A stretch of 64,000 nt of DNA from contig MEDY01000220.1 in NCBI GenBank assembly GCA_001724265.1, positions 1 to 64,000 on the forward strand, given 5' to 3'. Positions 23,787 through 37,396 of the stretch are shown piece by piece. The first letter of the stretch is position 1, and each line of letters starts with the position of its first letter. Position numbers and translations under genes: made by a program. The DNA comes from Rhizaria sp. SCN 62-66. Taxonomy: Eukaryota. The notes beneath the pieces are model-generated. The model made no database searches, was not told the DNA's origin, and saw nothing but the letters and a program-made list of their open reading frames with translations.

Positions 23787-24989
23787 GACGCCCTGCGTGA
23801 TGGCGACAGCGACGTCGTACTGCGTCATCTCGACCACGCGCTTGTGCAGCTCGACCGACTTGTTGTACACGGCCAACACAGAATCGCGGTGCACCTTGCG
23901 GCGGCCCGCCGCCAGCGCCAGCACGCTCATGCGCAGCCGTGCGATCGACTCGCGCACGTCCCGCGCTACCACGTCGGCCTCCTCGCCCCCCTCCGCAGCC
24001 TCGCCGCCGGCGCCCATGCTGCCCTCTGCGGCAGCCTCGCCCTCTGCGGCGGCGGCGGCCTTCTGTGCGCTCTTGATGCCGGCGCCGACGCCCGAGTTGG
24101 CGCGGCGGTCGGCGTCGCGGTCGAGCGAGTCGTCCTCGGCCTCGCGGCGCCGGCGCTCAAGCGCTGCCTCGGAGGGGGTGGGCGCCAGCCACACGTAGCC
24201 GTTGACGCCGATGATCATGTCCACGCCGAGGTCCTCAAGCGTGTGGAAGTGCTGCTTGCAGCGGCGCACCAGCGAGGCGGGCACGGCGACGAGCACGCCC
24301 TGCTCAAGCTTGCCGTACTTTGCCGAGCGCGTGTGCAGAGAGACGGAGCGGTCCGTCATGACCTTCTGCACCTCGGCGGACACCAGCCCGCCCTCGGCCA
24401 GGAAGGCGCGCATCTGCAGCGCGTCCTCCTCGGTGCGCCGCCGCTGCGCGCCCGGCAGGTTGACCGAGGAGAGCATCAACGAGGCGAGCTGGCGACCGTT
24501 GATGTCGAGCCGCCAGCGCGAGTCGACCAGGTCCGTCACGCGGCCCACGACGACGTCGCCGACCTCGGGCGAGTACCGCCGGCAGTGCGACTGCACTGTG
24601 ATCAGCTTGTTAATGCGCGTCACCACGCCCGTCACGGACGCGATGTACTGCGGCACTGGCGGGTTCGAGATCGCCGTCAGCACGGTGCCATGGCCGCTGC
24701 GCGCGACGCGAGCGAGGGTCAGCGTGTCAGGATATCGGGCGGGATTGGGAAAAAAGTGAAGATAAAGGTATATGTGTGAGTAATATACGTTATGACGAAG
24801 TGCGATTTTGATTTAAGATGATCGTGTTGAGTTGCATTGCGCATTGAGACTGATCTTGACTGAGCCATGTCACAAAGTATTTTAGACTTTGGAGCGTATT
24901 GTTTCATTTTTGACGTACAGGATGTAGTCACTCTCGGCGTTGGCGAGCACGTCACCAGTCACCACGCGGGCGGATGTCATGTCAGCCAT
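23775..24989 (-). CDS. RRP4: Exosome cap subunit RRP4 (EXOSC2), ~330 aa; exons 24989-24919 and 24696-23775; ends TAA
   Basis: YIL|GHGT, ASVTGVVTRINKLITV, RYSPEVGDVVVGRV, LSSVNLPGAQRRR, SLHTRSAKYGKL, IIGVNGYVWL (S1 + KH domains). Confidence 0.95.
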
Positions 24990-25979
24990 TCTGTGCTTGT
25001 GTAGTCCTCTGTGGGCTAGACGAGCGAACGGATCTCTGTGTTGTTGAGTTAAGTAGTTAGAGCGGCCGCGTTAGTGCTGGCACGGAGTCTTAGAAGCGGA
25101 GGCTCAACTCAAGAGGTGCTGTAAAGGGAGTGTACGATTTGGTGCAGCTGCGGAGAACAGGGCTGTCGATGTTGTTGTTCTGAACTCGCAGCGTGCTGAG
25201 CTGTAGTGGTGGGTTGTGGGGGGGCTGAGATGGGCGAGGTCGGGCGGAAAGGGAGATCAAGTAAGAAAGATGCTGTGAGAGTGCTGCGACACAATTACGT
25301 AGAAGACAAACGAAACAACGCATTACAGGTGCGGGCACAGCTTAACAGTGCGTTCTGAGCGCTTGGCGATGGCAAGTCCGGCGGCGAGGTGGTGCTGTGT
25401 GCGTCGGACTGTCTGTGCGCGGGATAGAAAGCTTGTGGCCCCATGTCAAGGCGGGTAGACATGGAATTACAAATTCAATTAGAACACCTAGAGTAGGTAT
25501 TCGTATTCTGATCCGCTCCACACAGTGACGGATTCTATGACCTTGGAATCGCGCAAACATTGTTGCAACCACGATCACTTTTCGAGCGGCCGCTTCCGCA
25601 GATGACCGACTGGCTCGACGAGGCGCGCGACGTCAGCAATTTCTTTTCGGCGATTTTTCAGCATATTCCATTCGCTAGATCTCGGTTATTGCCAGTGCCG
25701 CGCATAATAACGTTTACGTTGTACATGTTCCCTTTTAGGTTTCTCTTCATGCATTCGTTCCAAGTTGTACCTGCTTCTTAAAGGATGTGGGTCGGAGGAA
25801 GCCCTCCTCTTTGGTCACATCAATTTCCATCGCATCACTGCGATGCAACAAATCATTAGAACAGCCCCACTTCCAGATATTAATTTTACTACACTTTACA
25901 TTCTCTGTGTCTATCTTATAGTCTCTGAAACCACGACTTATCCCGGTTTCCCGCCCCTTTCCCGCTGGCCTCGTTGCCC

Positions 25980-26029
25980 GTGCCATCATCTTGACCTCAG
26001 TCTTGTGCCATCATCTTGACCTCAGTCTT
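25980..26029. repeat. Perfect 25-bp tandem duplication GTGCCATCATCTTGACCTCAGTCTT x2
   Basis: Directly visible about 60 bp upstream of the RING gene ATG. Confidence 0.9.
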
Positions 26030-26089
26030 GTTCCCCCTGCTCTAAACCCACCCGCCCTTTGCGCCCGCCCCCGTCGCCCCCGCCCCGCC

Positions 26090-28148
26090 ATGGGACTCTC
26101 CTTCTCCGCGTCGCGCGACCCGCTGGGGCTGGACCTGCCCGAGTTCGGCACGGACGCAGGCGTGGAGCGGTTCCTCGACCTGCCGCAGCAGCAGATCGCC
26201 GCGCTCATCCGTGCCGGACTCAACATCGACCTTGTCATGAACCCGTTCCAGATGCACCGCCTCGGCGACGCGCCCACGACCATCTTCGACCTTGACGACG
26301 CCGCGCGCGACGCTGACGCCGACGCGCGCGAGCACGGCAGCGACAGCGATGATGACGACGACACTGTTAAGGTGCGGTACGCCGCGCATGCTAACACGCC
26401 CGCGCACGTCGTGCCCAGCTCTCTCATCATCCGCGCGCACCCGCCCGCGCTTGTCGCCACCACCACTGGCGCCGCCGCCGCAGCCCCGGGCGGCCTCACT
26501 TCCCCCGGGGCCGGCGGCGTGGCCTCCGCGCCGCCGCAGCCGCTGCCGGTGCCGGACATGGACGGGTGGCAGTTCTCGCTCTCGTTCCGCTACTCGGCCG
26601 CCGTGCCCTGCGCCGCCACGCTTGTCGTGTGCGCGCTCGAGGCGCCCCACCCGCGCACCGGTGCGCCCACCTTTGCCACCGCGCCCGTCCCGCAGCTCCA
26701 CGCCGCCAGCGTGCCCGGCAGCAACAACAGCTACAACAACAGTTACAGTAGCAGCAGCGCCGGCTACGGCGCCACCAGCCCCGCCAGCGAGAGCGCCAAC
26801 AGGAGACGCCCTGCCGGTGCCGGCGCAGCGGGCGCAGGTACAGGCGCGCAGGGTACGCACGGCCACGTGTACGGGCCGTTCGACGCGCAGCTGGCGGCGC
26901 TGCCGCGACCGCTGATGGTCGCGCTGCCCGCGGGCGTCGGGCTCACGGCGACGGTCCCGCTGCCGCCGCTCGCCGTCGTCGCGCTGCTGGCCGCCGCGGG
27001 CGCAGGCGCCGACGCCGCCGCCGCGCTCTGCCCCAGTCCCGGCCCCGGCTACGCCAACCACGCCCAGTCCGCCGCCGCTGCGGCCGCGCTGCCGTGGTCG
27101 CCGGCCGTCGCAGCGTTCCTCGCCCGCGTCGCCCCTACGCCCGCCCCCGCGGCCCACGGCGGCGGCGGCGGCGGCGGCCGGCGCCGCGAGCGGGTCCGGC
27201 GGCGGCATCGCGCACGTGGCGCTGCGCCTATGCCCGCTGGCCCCGCTGCCCGGCGCTCACGTCGACGCGCAGCCCCCGCTCTACCGCCCCGGCGCCAGCG
27301 CTGCCGACCCCTCAGAGCGCGGGTGGGCCGAGTGCGAGATTACCACACTGAACCTCGCGCTCGCCAGTGCCGGCCCTGGCTCCAACGCTGCCACGCGGGG
27401 CGGCGCGGGCGCTGGCGCCAGCAACTCCAGCGGCGGCGCGACAAGCGTGGAGTCAATGCGGTCCGCGCGGGCGGCGATGTTTGCGACGCAGATGCGCGCT
27501 AACAACGAGCGCCTGCTCTCCAGCGCCGGACTCGGCTCCCCGGCCCCCGGCGCCGCGGGCAACTCCGGTGCCGGTACTGGCGACCGCAACTTCGGCAGCG
27601 CGGGCGCCAATCCCGCCGCCGCCGGCGCTGCGGCCGCTGCCGGCGCAGGCGCTGCGGCCGTGAGCGCGAGCGGCTACGGCGCCACGGGCGCGCCGACCGC
27701 GGGCGCGTCGCTGGCGCTGCTGGCGGCGCGCCTGGCGCCCGGCACGGCGCGGCAGACGGTGATCGCGCAGACGGGCGTGTTCGAGCTGCTCGACATCTTC
27801 GGCCTCACGCCGCCCTCGTCCTCTTCCTCCGCGGCCTCGACCCACGACAGTAGCGCCCCCGCCGTCGGTGCCGCCGCCAGCGGGGGCCGCGAGGTGGCGC
27901 AGCCCGCGGACCCCGCCGCCGCTGCGGCCGCAGCGGCGCAGGAGGCGGCGCGCGCGTCAGCTGAGGCCGCGGCGTCCGTGGCTGACTGCGTCATCTGCCT
28001 GAGCGGACCCGCCGAGGCTGTGCTCGTGCCATGCCGCCACTTCGCGCTCTGCGCGCAGTGCGCCGCCGCGCTCGTGCAGCAGCGTGCCGAGGGACAGGTC
28101 AAGTGCCCCATGTGCCGCAACCGCGTCACCGAGGTTGTCGTCGCGTAA
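26090..28148 (+). CDS. MGRN1/RNF157/LOG2-like RING E3 ubiquitin ligase, ~685 aa, apparent +1 frameshift at ~27153-27155; ends TAA
   Basis: Frame 1 has a myristoylation-like MGLSFS start and FSLSFRYSAAVPCAATL. Frame 2 has RQTVIAQTGVFELLDIFGL and the C-terminal RING CVICLSGPAEAVLVPCRHFALCAQCA...CPMCR. Confidence 0.75.
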
Positions 28149-28797
28149 GCGCGCCGTACGACGCTGCGTCGTCGTGCCGCGGCGGAGTCGTTTAGTGTGT
28201 TGTACGCGTGGCTTGGTGTTGTGCGGTGTGGGCGTGACTGGCATGATGACACCGTTTCGTGATCAATCCACTCTGCACTCTGCCACGAGCCCTTTCGCAA
28301 ACTCATTGTTTATTTAGCTTTATTTTATGCTTTCAAGCCTTTCATTTGCTGCCAGTATTACCTTGCAGCGAGCCGTTTCTTTATGTTTCTTAGCAATCTT
28401 CTCAGAAATCATCATTCTTGTATTTAGGTATTATTCGTGTTGTTTATCGTTCTTGTTATTGGTATCTCGGCATGTTTTTCCTTGCATTCAATATTAAAGT
28501 AACGCTTGTGTTTATAGCAGTTGGTTCTCAGCGAATTTGCTGCAGTAGCAAGTCAAGACGTATCATGCTTTCTTTTGTAAATTTCTTTTGGTTATTCATA
28601 AACAGTCATGTTTTCACAAGCTATCACGAGCAGATGTTTCCGTTATGCAAATGTAGATGTCATTGGGGACATTATAGTAGTTCTATTTGGCCTAACAAGC
28701 ATAATATAAAGTACTTTTCTGAACAAAAAATCAAACCATTTTAACTGTTTTTCTTAAGTCATATAAACTATCACACTGGACAGCATCAGAACCCCCA

Positions 28798-31700
28798 TCA
28801 CACAGCGTCACTGTTGCTGTTGCTGTTTACACCGTGATTACTCCAGATGCAGTTGTCATCGCTGCAAGAAGCGCAGCGGCCGCCGCTGCGGCTACTGCTC
28901 CGACTGCTGCCTCTGCTGTTAGTGTCGCTGCTGCAACAGCTACTGCGTACGCTGCCGACAGACTCAACCTCCGCCATGTCGCTGTGCACGCCGCTGTGGC
29001 CGTCGCTGTCGCTCTTGCTCCCCGGGCCACTGCGCCCGCTGCCGCCGCCGCCACTGCTCGCCGGCGGCGGCCGCCACGCCTGCCCCAGGCGCCAGCCGGG
29101 GCTCTGGACGCCGCGGACCACTGCCGCGGTCTGTACAAACTGCCAGAAGGAGCACACTGCGAAGCGGTACTCGGACCCGGACCACTTCTTGCAGCCGCAC
29201 TCCGCGCACCGCGCCGGCGGGTCCGCCTCGACGGCGTCGGCCACCGCCGCCGCGTACGTGTTGGTCGCGGGAGACAGGCAGCTGAGCGGGCGGCCGGGCG
29301 ACGAGCCAATGCCCCAGCCAGTGCGGGAGCAGCTGCTCGCGCCAGGCACAGGCACTGTAACAGCCACAGTTGCAGTTGCGGGGGGAGTTCTTGTGACATT
29401 CACAGGGGCCGTCGCGGTGGCGCCATGATGCAGCTGCTCCTGTTGTTGCTGGCTTCTAGTCGTTGAGTTATTTGCTAAAGCGAGAGGAGTCTCGTAGCCC
29501 TCCGTTTCGCTCATGTTAATGCTACAGTTGCTGTTGCTATTCTTGCTGAAGCATTTGCTGTCACAATCACGAGCGGGACAGCTCGGCTTGACATCACCAC
29601 TGCCACTCTTGTTAGCGTCAATGCAAACACTTGTACTGCGCGGGCGCTCACCCTCGCCGTGACTCCCCGCACGCGCACGCGCAACAGCCACACACGCAAC
29701 AGTCGCACATGTTCCGCCTAAGCCACTGTTCGCCTCAGTGCTCTTGATGTGTGATGGCTTCACTGGAACAACAAATGCACTCGGCGTGTACAAGTACCTT
29801 GCCAGCAACGGCGGGCCCTCAAGTGACTGCGAGCTGTAGGGTGACTGCAACGCCTGTGACTCTGAGCTGTGAGGGTGCAGTGAGCGGCCGTGGCGGTGGA
29901 TCTCGCGCCAAAACGTATCTGCCTTGGCGTTTGCTTCTTTGCTTAAGATAATGCGTCGACAGCAGCGGCAGTACAGCGGCGGGCGCAAATCTGAGGGTGA
30001 TCGCTGTGTACACAGGGTTAACGACGAGGACGAATGGGGATGATCTTGGGTGGCTTTGGAGTCACAGTTAGTGGCATTGCTTGAACTGTGCTTGGAGAGC
30101 TCGATGGCACAGTGGAGCCCCCACCTCACATCGTTCTCGTCGACAACGTCAGTGTCGCAGCACGACATAACGCCAGCTGTCACCGCCGCAACATCAGCGT
30201 GATGGAACAAGCTCGCGCGCGCGTGGCAGAATCCGGGCTTGCGTCGCGTATTGCGCGTCAGCATCCACGTGTACTGCGACCACATGCTGTGCACCCACTC
30301 CAGAAGCTCTTGAAGAGCTTTCTGCGCTCTGAGCTTGGCAGTGCTGGCGGCAGAAAGAGAGCTTGAGCTCACACAATTATTACTGTGCGCGCTCAGAGTG
30401 ATGCCATCAAGAGTGTTCAAAAAGCGCAGCGCGGCGTGTAAGTCAAACGGGGAGAATCTCTTCGCCAGCGCCGCCAGCGTTGGGTCAGCCGTCCCTTTGG
30501 CAGGGCCCCTAAGCTCAATCGGACCAGCAATACAAGTTGCGCTTATAGCAGAATTTGCGCTGCTGGTGTTGACGTTGCCGTGCGACCACTGCGGGGAGAG
30601 AGCCAGCGCCAGTGGTCGAGGCGGCAACAACGGTACCGGGGGCTGGTGACCGCGGGCACTGTGGTCGTACTCGTAAGCCCAGCGTGTGTTGAGATGCAGA
30701 GAGCTTTGCTCATCGTTGCGCAGCAGGCTTGCCTCAGAGGTACCCGCTTCTCTTTCAGAGGTTTCGTCGCTGCTGCTTTCACTGTGTGAAACACGGAGCT
30801 CCTGCTGGTGCTGATGCTTTTGCGACTTCCTACTTACAACTGCCTGCTGTAAGAGTGTCTTCATTTGTGCCAAAGTAGGCGTCTTTTGTGCTGGTGCGCG
30901 GTCCGACACACCAAGCGACGGGACATAGGCAGGTTTCCAAAGCCGAGACTGAGCCTGCGCTCTCGGTGACAATGCGAAAGCTCCGCCTACAACATCAGTA
31001 TCGCCGCTATAGCTACTATTGAAAACCGAAATCGCGGTCTCGGTAAACGCATCTTGCTGTTTGAGTAGCTGCTGTTGCTGCTGTACAAGCTGCTGCTGCT
31101 GAAGTTGGTATAGTTGCGCAGATGTAAGTCCACTCGACACACGCGCGCGGTCACTGCTTGCACTGCGGTTTTGACCCCAAATTTGCAAGAGCTGTTCGTG
31201 CGGATCTGTAGCGCCTAGTGCACTATTGCGGCCGTCACTGCTACTCACACGCAGAGTCTTAGTACTTGCGTGACTGTTGCTGTACTCAGCGTTGCTGTTT
31301 CGAGATTGCGCTACCATATGATGGCTATAGCCAATGCGGATGTTGGGCGTGCCGTTAGAACCGCAGGGCACGCTATCGCTGGCGACAACCCTATTGCCTT
31401 CACCGCTGCTGTTACTGCTATCACTGCTGCAATATCCGCTCCGCGGCGCGTTTGAAGACGAGGCTGCTCCGATGCTAAGTCCTCCAAACGGTGCAACCGG
31501 CGACGGAAGAAGCGGCGGTCCATCGGCTGTGGTGCCAGAGGCTGCTGATACCTCAGCGGTCGATGCGCTGTGGAGCTCAATTGCATTGCTTTCCAATACC
31601 TCGGCCTGCTGTTGGTGAGGCGCCAACCGCGCCTTTTGCAAGCGTAACCGGAGTGCCGCAACAGCGGGCCCTAAAATCGATGTGGCTGGCTGAACCGGTG

Positions 31701-34700
31701 AGTTTATAGCGTTGCCATTATCCTTGCTGTTATCCGTAACATTTAGGCACGAGCTCGCGTCACGAGCAGACACGTCAGAACTGACTTCAGTCGGAAGATT
31801 GCTTTCATCAGTTGCACGCTTGTTCCTACGACCACTGTCGCGGTCGTGCTCAAGGTTGTCATGCACAAGCTCTCTCTCTTGTTCTGTGCGTTGCTCACGA
31901 TTGCGATTGTACCCTTGTCGACGCTCATTGCGCCTGCGGTCACTGTGCACGCGACCACTTTGCCTTTGGTCACCGTGCCCGCGATCAGCGGCTGTAGTTG
32001 CGAGAATATCCTCGGACAAACACTCACCCGAAAGTGCTGACGAGTTAGGGATTGTTTCCCACGGCAGAGGCACCAGAAGCAGAGAGCTAGTTGTGCTGCC
32101 CCCAGAGGTCGGCGATGACTGCGGTGCGCAGCCATTGGCAACTGCGGAGTCGGATGCCGCCTTATTACTTGCTGCACTGACAATGACATCGTGCACTGCA
32201 GTCGGCAGATTCAACGAAAGAGATGCAACAAGACCCGGCGCTCCACCATCACCAGAGTGGGAAATGTCTACACAATGGGTAACAGACGACGTGGCTACGT
32301 GGCCCAGACTGGTTCCTCCACTTACATGATTGTGCTGCGGACACGTTGATGCGTTCAAGGCAGAAGTTGTACTTTCATGAGCGGGCCGAATATTGTTGTT
32401 TGTAGGACTTTGCTGCTGCTCTTGCTGTTGCGTCTGCTGAGCCCGCAGCTCCGGCGATGTTACACGAACGGCGTAATTATGCGGTGGGTGCGCCCGTCCT
32501 GCACGCGCTTTGCTTTTGCGAACAGGTACACCAGTGGCTCGATCACTGTTCAGACTTGACACACTAAACCGTGACGTTTGAATAGCAGCTCGTACAATAA
32601 CGAACCCCGAGTTAGTGGAGCTAGCGTGATCTAGACTGTGACACGGGTTTGCCTTATCGCTAACATTTGCAACGGCATTGGAGTTTAACGGCAGTACCAT
32701 AGTTGCCGTTGCGATACCAGCAGCTTTGTCGGCGATAGGCACTGAGCTATTACTGTTTGTAATGTTGTTATGCACGCTAGCGCTGCGCGAGCGCGAACGC
32801 GCATGCACAGCTACAGGAGTGGCCGCACGGCGCGGCACTGCAAAGGACCCATGTCCACTACCAATAGTGGATGCGCCCTCATCGCCGTCACCAATTGGAA
32901 CCGAGAGTGCCGGCGCACTGCGGTCTCTCATTTCGAATGATGAGAGCTTAGACTCTGACGAAATCGTGAACACATACGGTGCAAAACGCACACGCTTGCC
33001 ACTTGCCGTTGTTGCAACGTTTGCGACAGAAAGGCTATGTGCCGATGACAAGTCGCTGTGACCGCTACCTGTATTGTTGTTTGCGACTGTGTTGAGAACG
33101 GGGAGCCCGGGAAAGTGTTGCGATGGTGCAGCTAAACTGGCGGGAGTAAAAAAGCGTCCTTGCTGATAGTGATGCTGCGGATAAGGGGAATGCGCCTGCT
33201 GTTGATACTGAGAGCTAGCAAAACTGCTGTTGTAGCGAGGCGTGCGCAGTAGAGACTGAAGTGGGCGCGAGGTGCTGTTGTGATAGCCAAGTGCAAACAT
33301 TGATGCTGTCGGTGCCAATGCCGTCGGTGATACAGAAAGCGCCAGAGCGCTATTTACGTGGGCGGTCTCTGTACCAGCTTCCTCTGTAGTGGTCGCAGTC
33401 AAAACATCTTCCGAGACGCCTAACGCCAGTGACGAGCTCGCAACAATCGGGGCCGTGTTGCACAGCCGCAGCGCTGTAAGGGGCTTTACGGCCATCGCAG
33501 CAGCAGTGATGGTCTCTGCCATCAGTTGCTGTGTTACGACTGAAGCTATCCGAGCCGGGATGGAGTTGGCCGAAACCGCGCACTCTACTTGGCAGTCACC
33601 AGTTGCTGTGTCAACAAGAGGAGCAGACCCGTCAACATATCTGAAACTGCTCTTGTGATGAGGGTTGCAAGATGTTGAGCTCAGCGCTAGTTCTGCTGTC
33701 GGTGTTACGTCTGCAAGCGTAATCACGTTTTCTGTTGCGGTGCTTGCGGAATCTGCAATTGCGTTATCATTCTTCGCTTGGGTTGATAGCAGGGCAGTAA
33801 CTGTGTCAGAAGCTTCATCTAAGAAGGAGAGGAGCGACGTCTTAGTGACATTAGTATTGACAGCATCGGCATCTGGCAGCATGGTGGCGTCATTTGTAGT
33901 CTCGCTAGGCTTTCTACCGGACGTGTGTAATGAGAGTAGTCCGCAAACGTTGCTTGGACTCATGACGCTGTCGGACAAGGCAGCAACATCCTGAGCTCGC
34001 AGTGCGCACTTAACATCACATAATCTGCTCACGCCAATGCCCGAGTCCTCGGTTAGCTGGAGCCCCGCGGAACGACGCAACGTTGAATCACTTGGAGGAG
34101 CTGGGGTGTCAGAATTGTTCTGTGCCGAGTTAACGTCACCAACAAGACTGTCACAGCAAGCTTCAGTAGCGGCAAATTTGTTGCTGCACACTGATGTAGT
34201 CTTGGGACTTCTGGCGCTAATCCCAGGAGCAACTGCGTCAGAAGTTATATTGGAGCAATCACGGTCAGTGTTAAAGCTGTTCAAACCCAGGCTCGACTCT
34301 TGTTCAGGCACACACTTATCGTGAGCGACGCACTTGGGTGCTTGATCTTTAGTGCCACATGGTTCATCGATAATGTCTGTGCTCTTGATGTTGCCATCCC
34401 CGCGCCTGTTCGAGCTGTTGACGACAGCGCAACCGTCACGGATGTTGTTGCTGATACTATTTCCGAACATTCGTTGCTCCCACGCTTGCTGCTTTAGCCC
34501 GCGTTCCACAAGGGAGATATAACTGCCAACCTGTACTGGTGCCGCCAGTGGTCTTGTCGAAAACGCACCCACGGGGTTTGTTGTTGTAGCAGCTACATGA
34601 GGCGTAGTAGCAAGCGGTTGCAACAAGCTGTAACTCGCTTTACCTTGCTGCGCAGCATGAGCATCTGAAACACTATAACATGCTACAACACTGTCAACGC

Positions 34701-36726
34701 CTGTCGCTAACGTTACCGTGTTGTTTGAGGGCAGGCTCGCAGCAGACCGGTTACGATTATGCCGTGTAGCCACTAACGCTGCTTTTGTTACCACACCATC
34801 GACAGTGAGCGAGCTACTGTTAAGCACCCCTTTGCCGTTTGGAAGGGCAAGTCCAAATGTGTTGTTGTTACTGCTACTTGAGCTGTTAGAAGCAAATGAG
34901 CTCACACCCCCAGAGCTCGCATTAAAATGAAACTCGTTGCGGAGATTCGTGCAATCATCACAATTGCATCTGTTACCATCAACAGGAACGCCTTGAAGGC
35001 GTAACGCATGCTGCCGACGTTGCTGCTCACAGCCACTTATCGCAACCGATGACTGCTCACTGTCGCCTGAACTTGTCTGGCGACTATTGTCCCATGCATT
35101 GCTAGATTGTTGACATAGGGTGGCAGCGGTATCACTAACATTAGAGCTGTTTGTTGCCACAATCTGTGTTGAGCAATCGCTCGTACTATTGATAACCCCA
35201 ATGAGCACATGCACTGTTGCAATCAACGCGGCGCGACAGCACTGATTCGCAAGGCCACACGCAACGCTAACAATATACAACGGAATTTGTGCTGTGCGGT
35301 AAAGAACGGCAGCTGAAGAAGGGATTAACGCGGCAACACTGCGTGGCACAGCAAAGTGTGCGATGCGAGAAACACTTGGCGTGCTGAGATAGGCGGCAAA
35401 TGTGGGAATCGAAAACTGTGCCGTCACATCAACACTAGTTGCGCTTACGCTCGCGCTAAGATAGCTGTGATGACTGCGAGGCTGGGTTTGAGGTGCAACG
35501 TTGCTCACTACACTAAATGGAGCAGAGTTGCTCACTGTGCTTGTTGCAGCAGTCGATGAAGCGCAGCTAGAGTCCGTCTATGAAGCTTCGCTGCGTGTGC
35601 GCGAGTGCGTGCGCGAGCGAAAGTGCGAGTGAGCGTGGTTTAGATGCGACAATACGCGTGAGCTATGACCATCTGTCACAGATGTGGCTCTTCGTGGTGC
35701 ATCTTCACAGGCGCTATGCGTGCCTGTGTCGCGACGAGAAGACGTGCGATTGCAAGCATTGTCTTTACTACCGCCCACACGTAAATCACTACTTTTCCCT
35801 CGTTGCGCGTTGAGGTTCCGCTACTGAAACTGTGTTTTTGCGCTTAATCCATGCGTAACTGTTGCAGCAAGGAAGGGTTGCCATAGTGTATGTGCTGCGG
35901 TGCTGAGCGCAAACGAGGCGGTCGCAGCCAGCGGCTCTAATGCCAAGTACGAAAACGACGAGAGCGCACGCGGTAGCGGCAGCGGAGGAAATGACGCAAC
36001 CGACGACTCGGAGTTTGACGACCCAGCTGAGTGAGACTGTGCCGCCAAGTCGCTGTGGCTATGCGCAGCGTTGGCGTGGCTGTCACTGCCCCCACCGCAG
36101 CTACCTCTGCGCACGCCCAGTGTACGCGTTGCTGCTGCATACGGCAACGCCGCAGAGTGAGACTGCGAGCTGCGGCGCGACTGTGGGCGCGATAGCGACG
36201 CTGGCAGCGAGCTCTGCAGCAGTGACTGTGAGCACGTATTGTTGACATCAGTCGCTAACATCTCGCAAGACGCTTGCGCACGGCCGCTACTAATCAACGC
36301 GTGGTTAGTTGCGCCGATGTTGCTGCGATTAGGAGTAGTGTCGGCGTTGGCGTTTGTGCAAAGACGTGCGATATAAAATACGATCCATTTGACTGTGAGC
36401 ACAGTGACGAGCCAACAGAGCTGACACAAACCGGACAGAAACACAATCACGGTCCGAAGCCAGCCAGAAGCACGTCTACTCGGTAGGCTGTGCGGTAAAT
36501 GCGTTATGCTTGTGTTTGTGCCACCGGGATGCGAAATCGGGTCGTGCGTCAAACTTGGGGACGATGCAGAAGGCAACACTTGGTCAGCGTTCGCTTGAGC
36601 GTTATGCCTGTCGGAGAGCAGTTGAGATGACACATCCGAGCGCGAGTAGTACGGCTAGGATGCAGATGTTGGAACGGAGTATAACGGTGCGCCGCTGAGA
36701 AAGGCTGCCGAGGTGAAACCTGGCAT
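28798..36726 (-). CDS. Giant Ser/Ala-rich protein of unknown function, ~2640 aa, with three in-frame TAGs (36657-36655, 35823-35821, 35580-35578); ends TGA
   Basis: From ATG 36726 a single frame runs through track ORFs 35821..36633, 35578..35778 and 28798..35535 with only TAG interruptions (linkers checked by hand). Contains a hydrophobic segment near the N-terminus, a KRVRF motif and C-terminal Cys pairs. Confidence 0.7.
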
Positions 36727-37396
36727 TTGGAGAAGAAGGCTGTTGCGGCGACTGTGGGGGTGATGAGTGGCCAAGGTCAAGGCCGCAGAAAACGAGCCCG
36801 GAGGCACTAGAAGTGAATTTCAAAGAGAAAATAGACAGTATAAAACAATTTTAGCGTTTGTTTTCAGTTGAAGCCCATGAGCGATTGTTGATCAAATCTC
36901 GATTCCTATCCAGGTTTCAAGAGATGATGTAAGTATGGGTCGAGCGGAGAGACTCCTTGTGAGTCAGAGACTTCGAATGAGATAATGGGATGGTAACAAG
37001 TGAAAGAGCAATTATAATTTCTGGATTATGCATTTGCAACATAATCTTACAATTACGTAGTTTGTAGGCTCTTGGTACGAAAATATGACAGTAGAATAAC
37101 CTCTGCAAAATCAGATCTCCTTCCAAGACATTACAACCACAAGTCGGTTTCTTGACTTGAAGCTTTGTCTCCAGCGAGCTTCAAGTTAATATATCAAAAC
37201 ATGTCGCGGTATATTGTAGTTTCCAAATCTTAACAATGTATTTTCAAACTAGTTTAAATTATTTCACCTTCATATCTCTTTAAGACAAACATACACACAC
37301 AAATTATAATCTCTTGACCATCAGCTTTAGCTCACATACACCTAATCTGGATCAAAACACGGAGTACAACACAAGCATCAAGTATCACGCGAGTCT

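Noticed and set aside
36655-36720. Small intron AG|GTTTCA...TAG removing the first TAG of the giant gene
   Set aside because: The donor is phase 1 but the TAG ends at phase 0, so splicing would frameshift. It is also shorter than, and unlike, the other introns.
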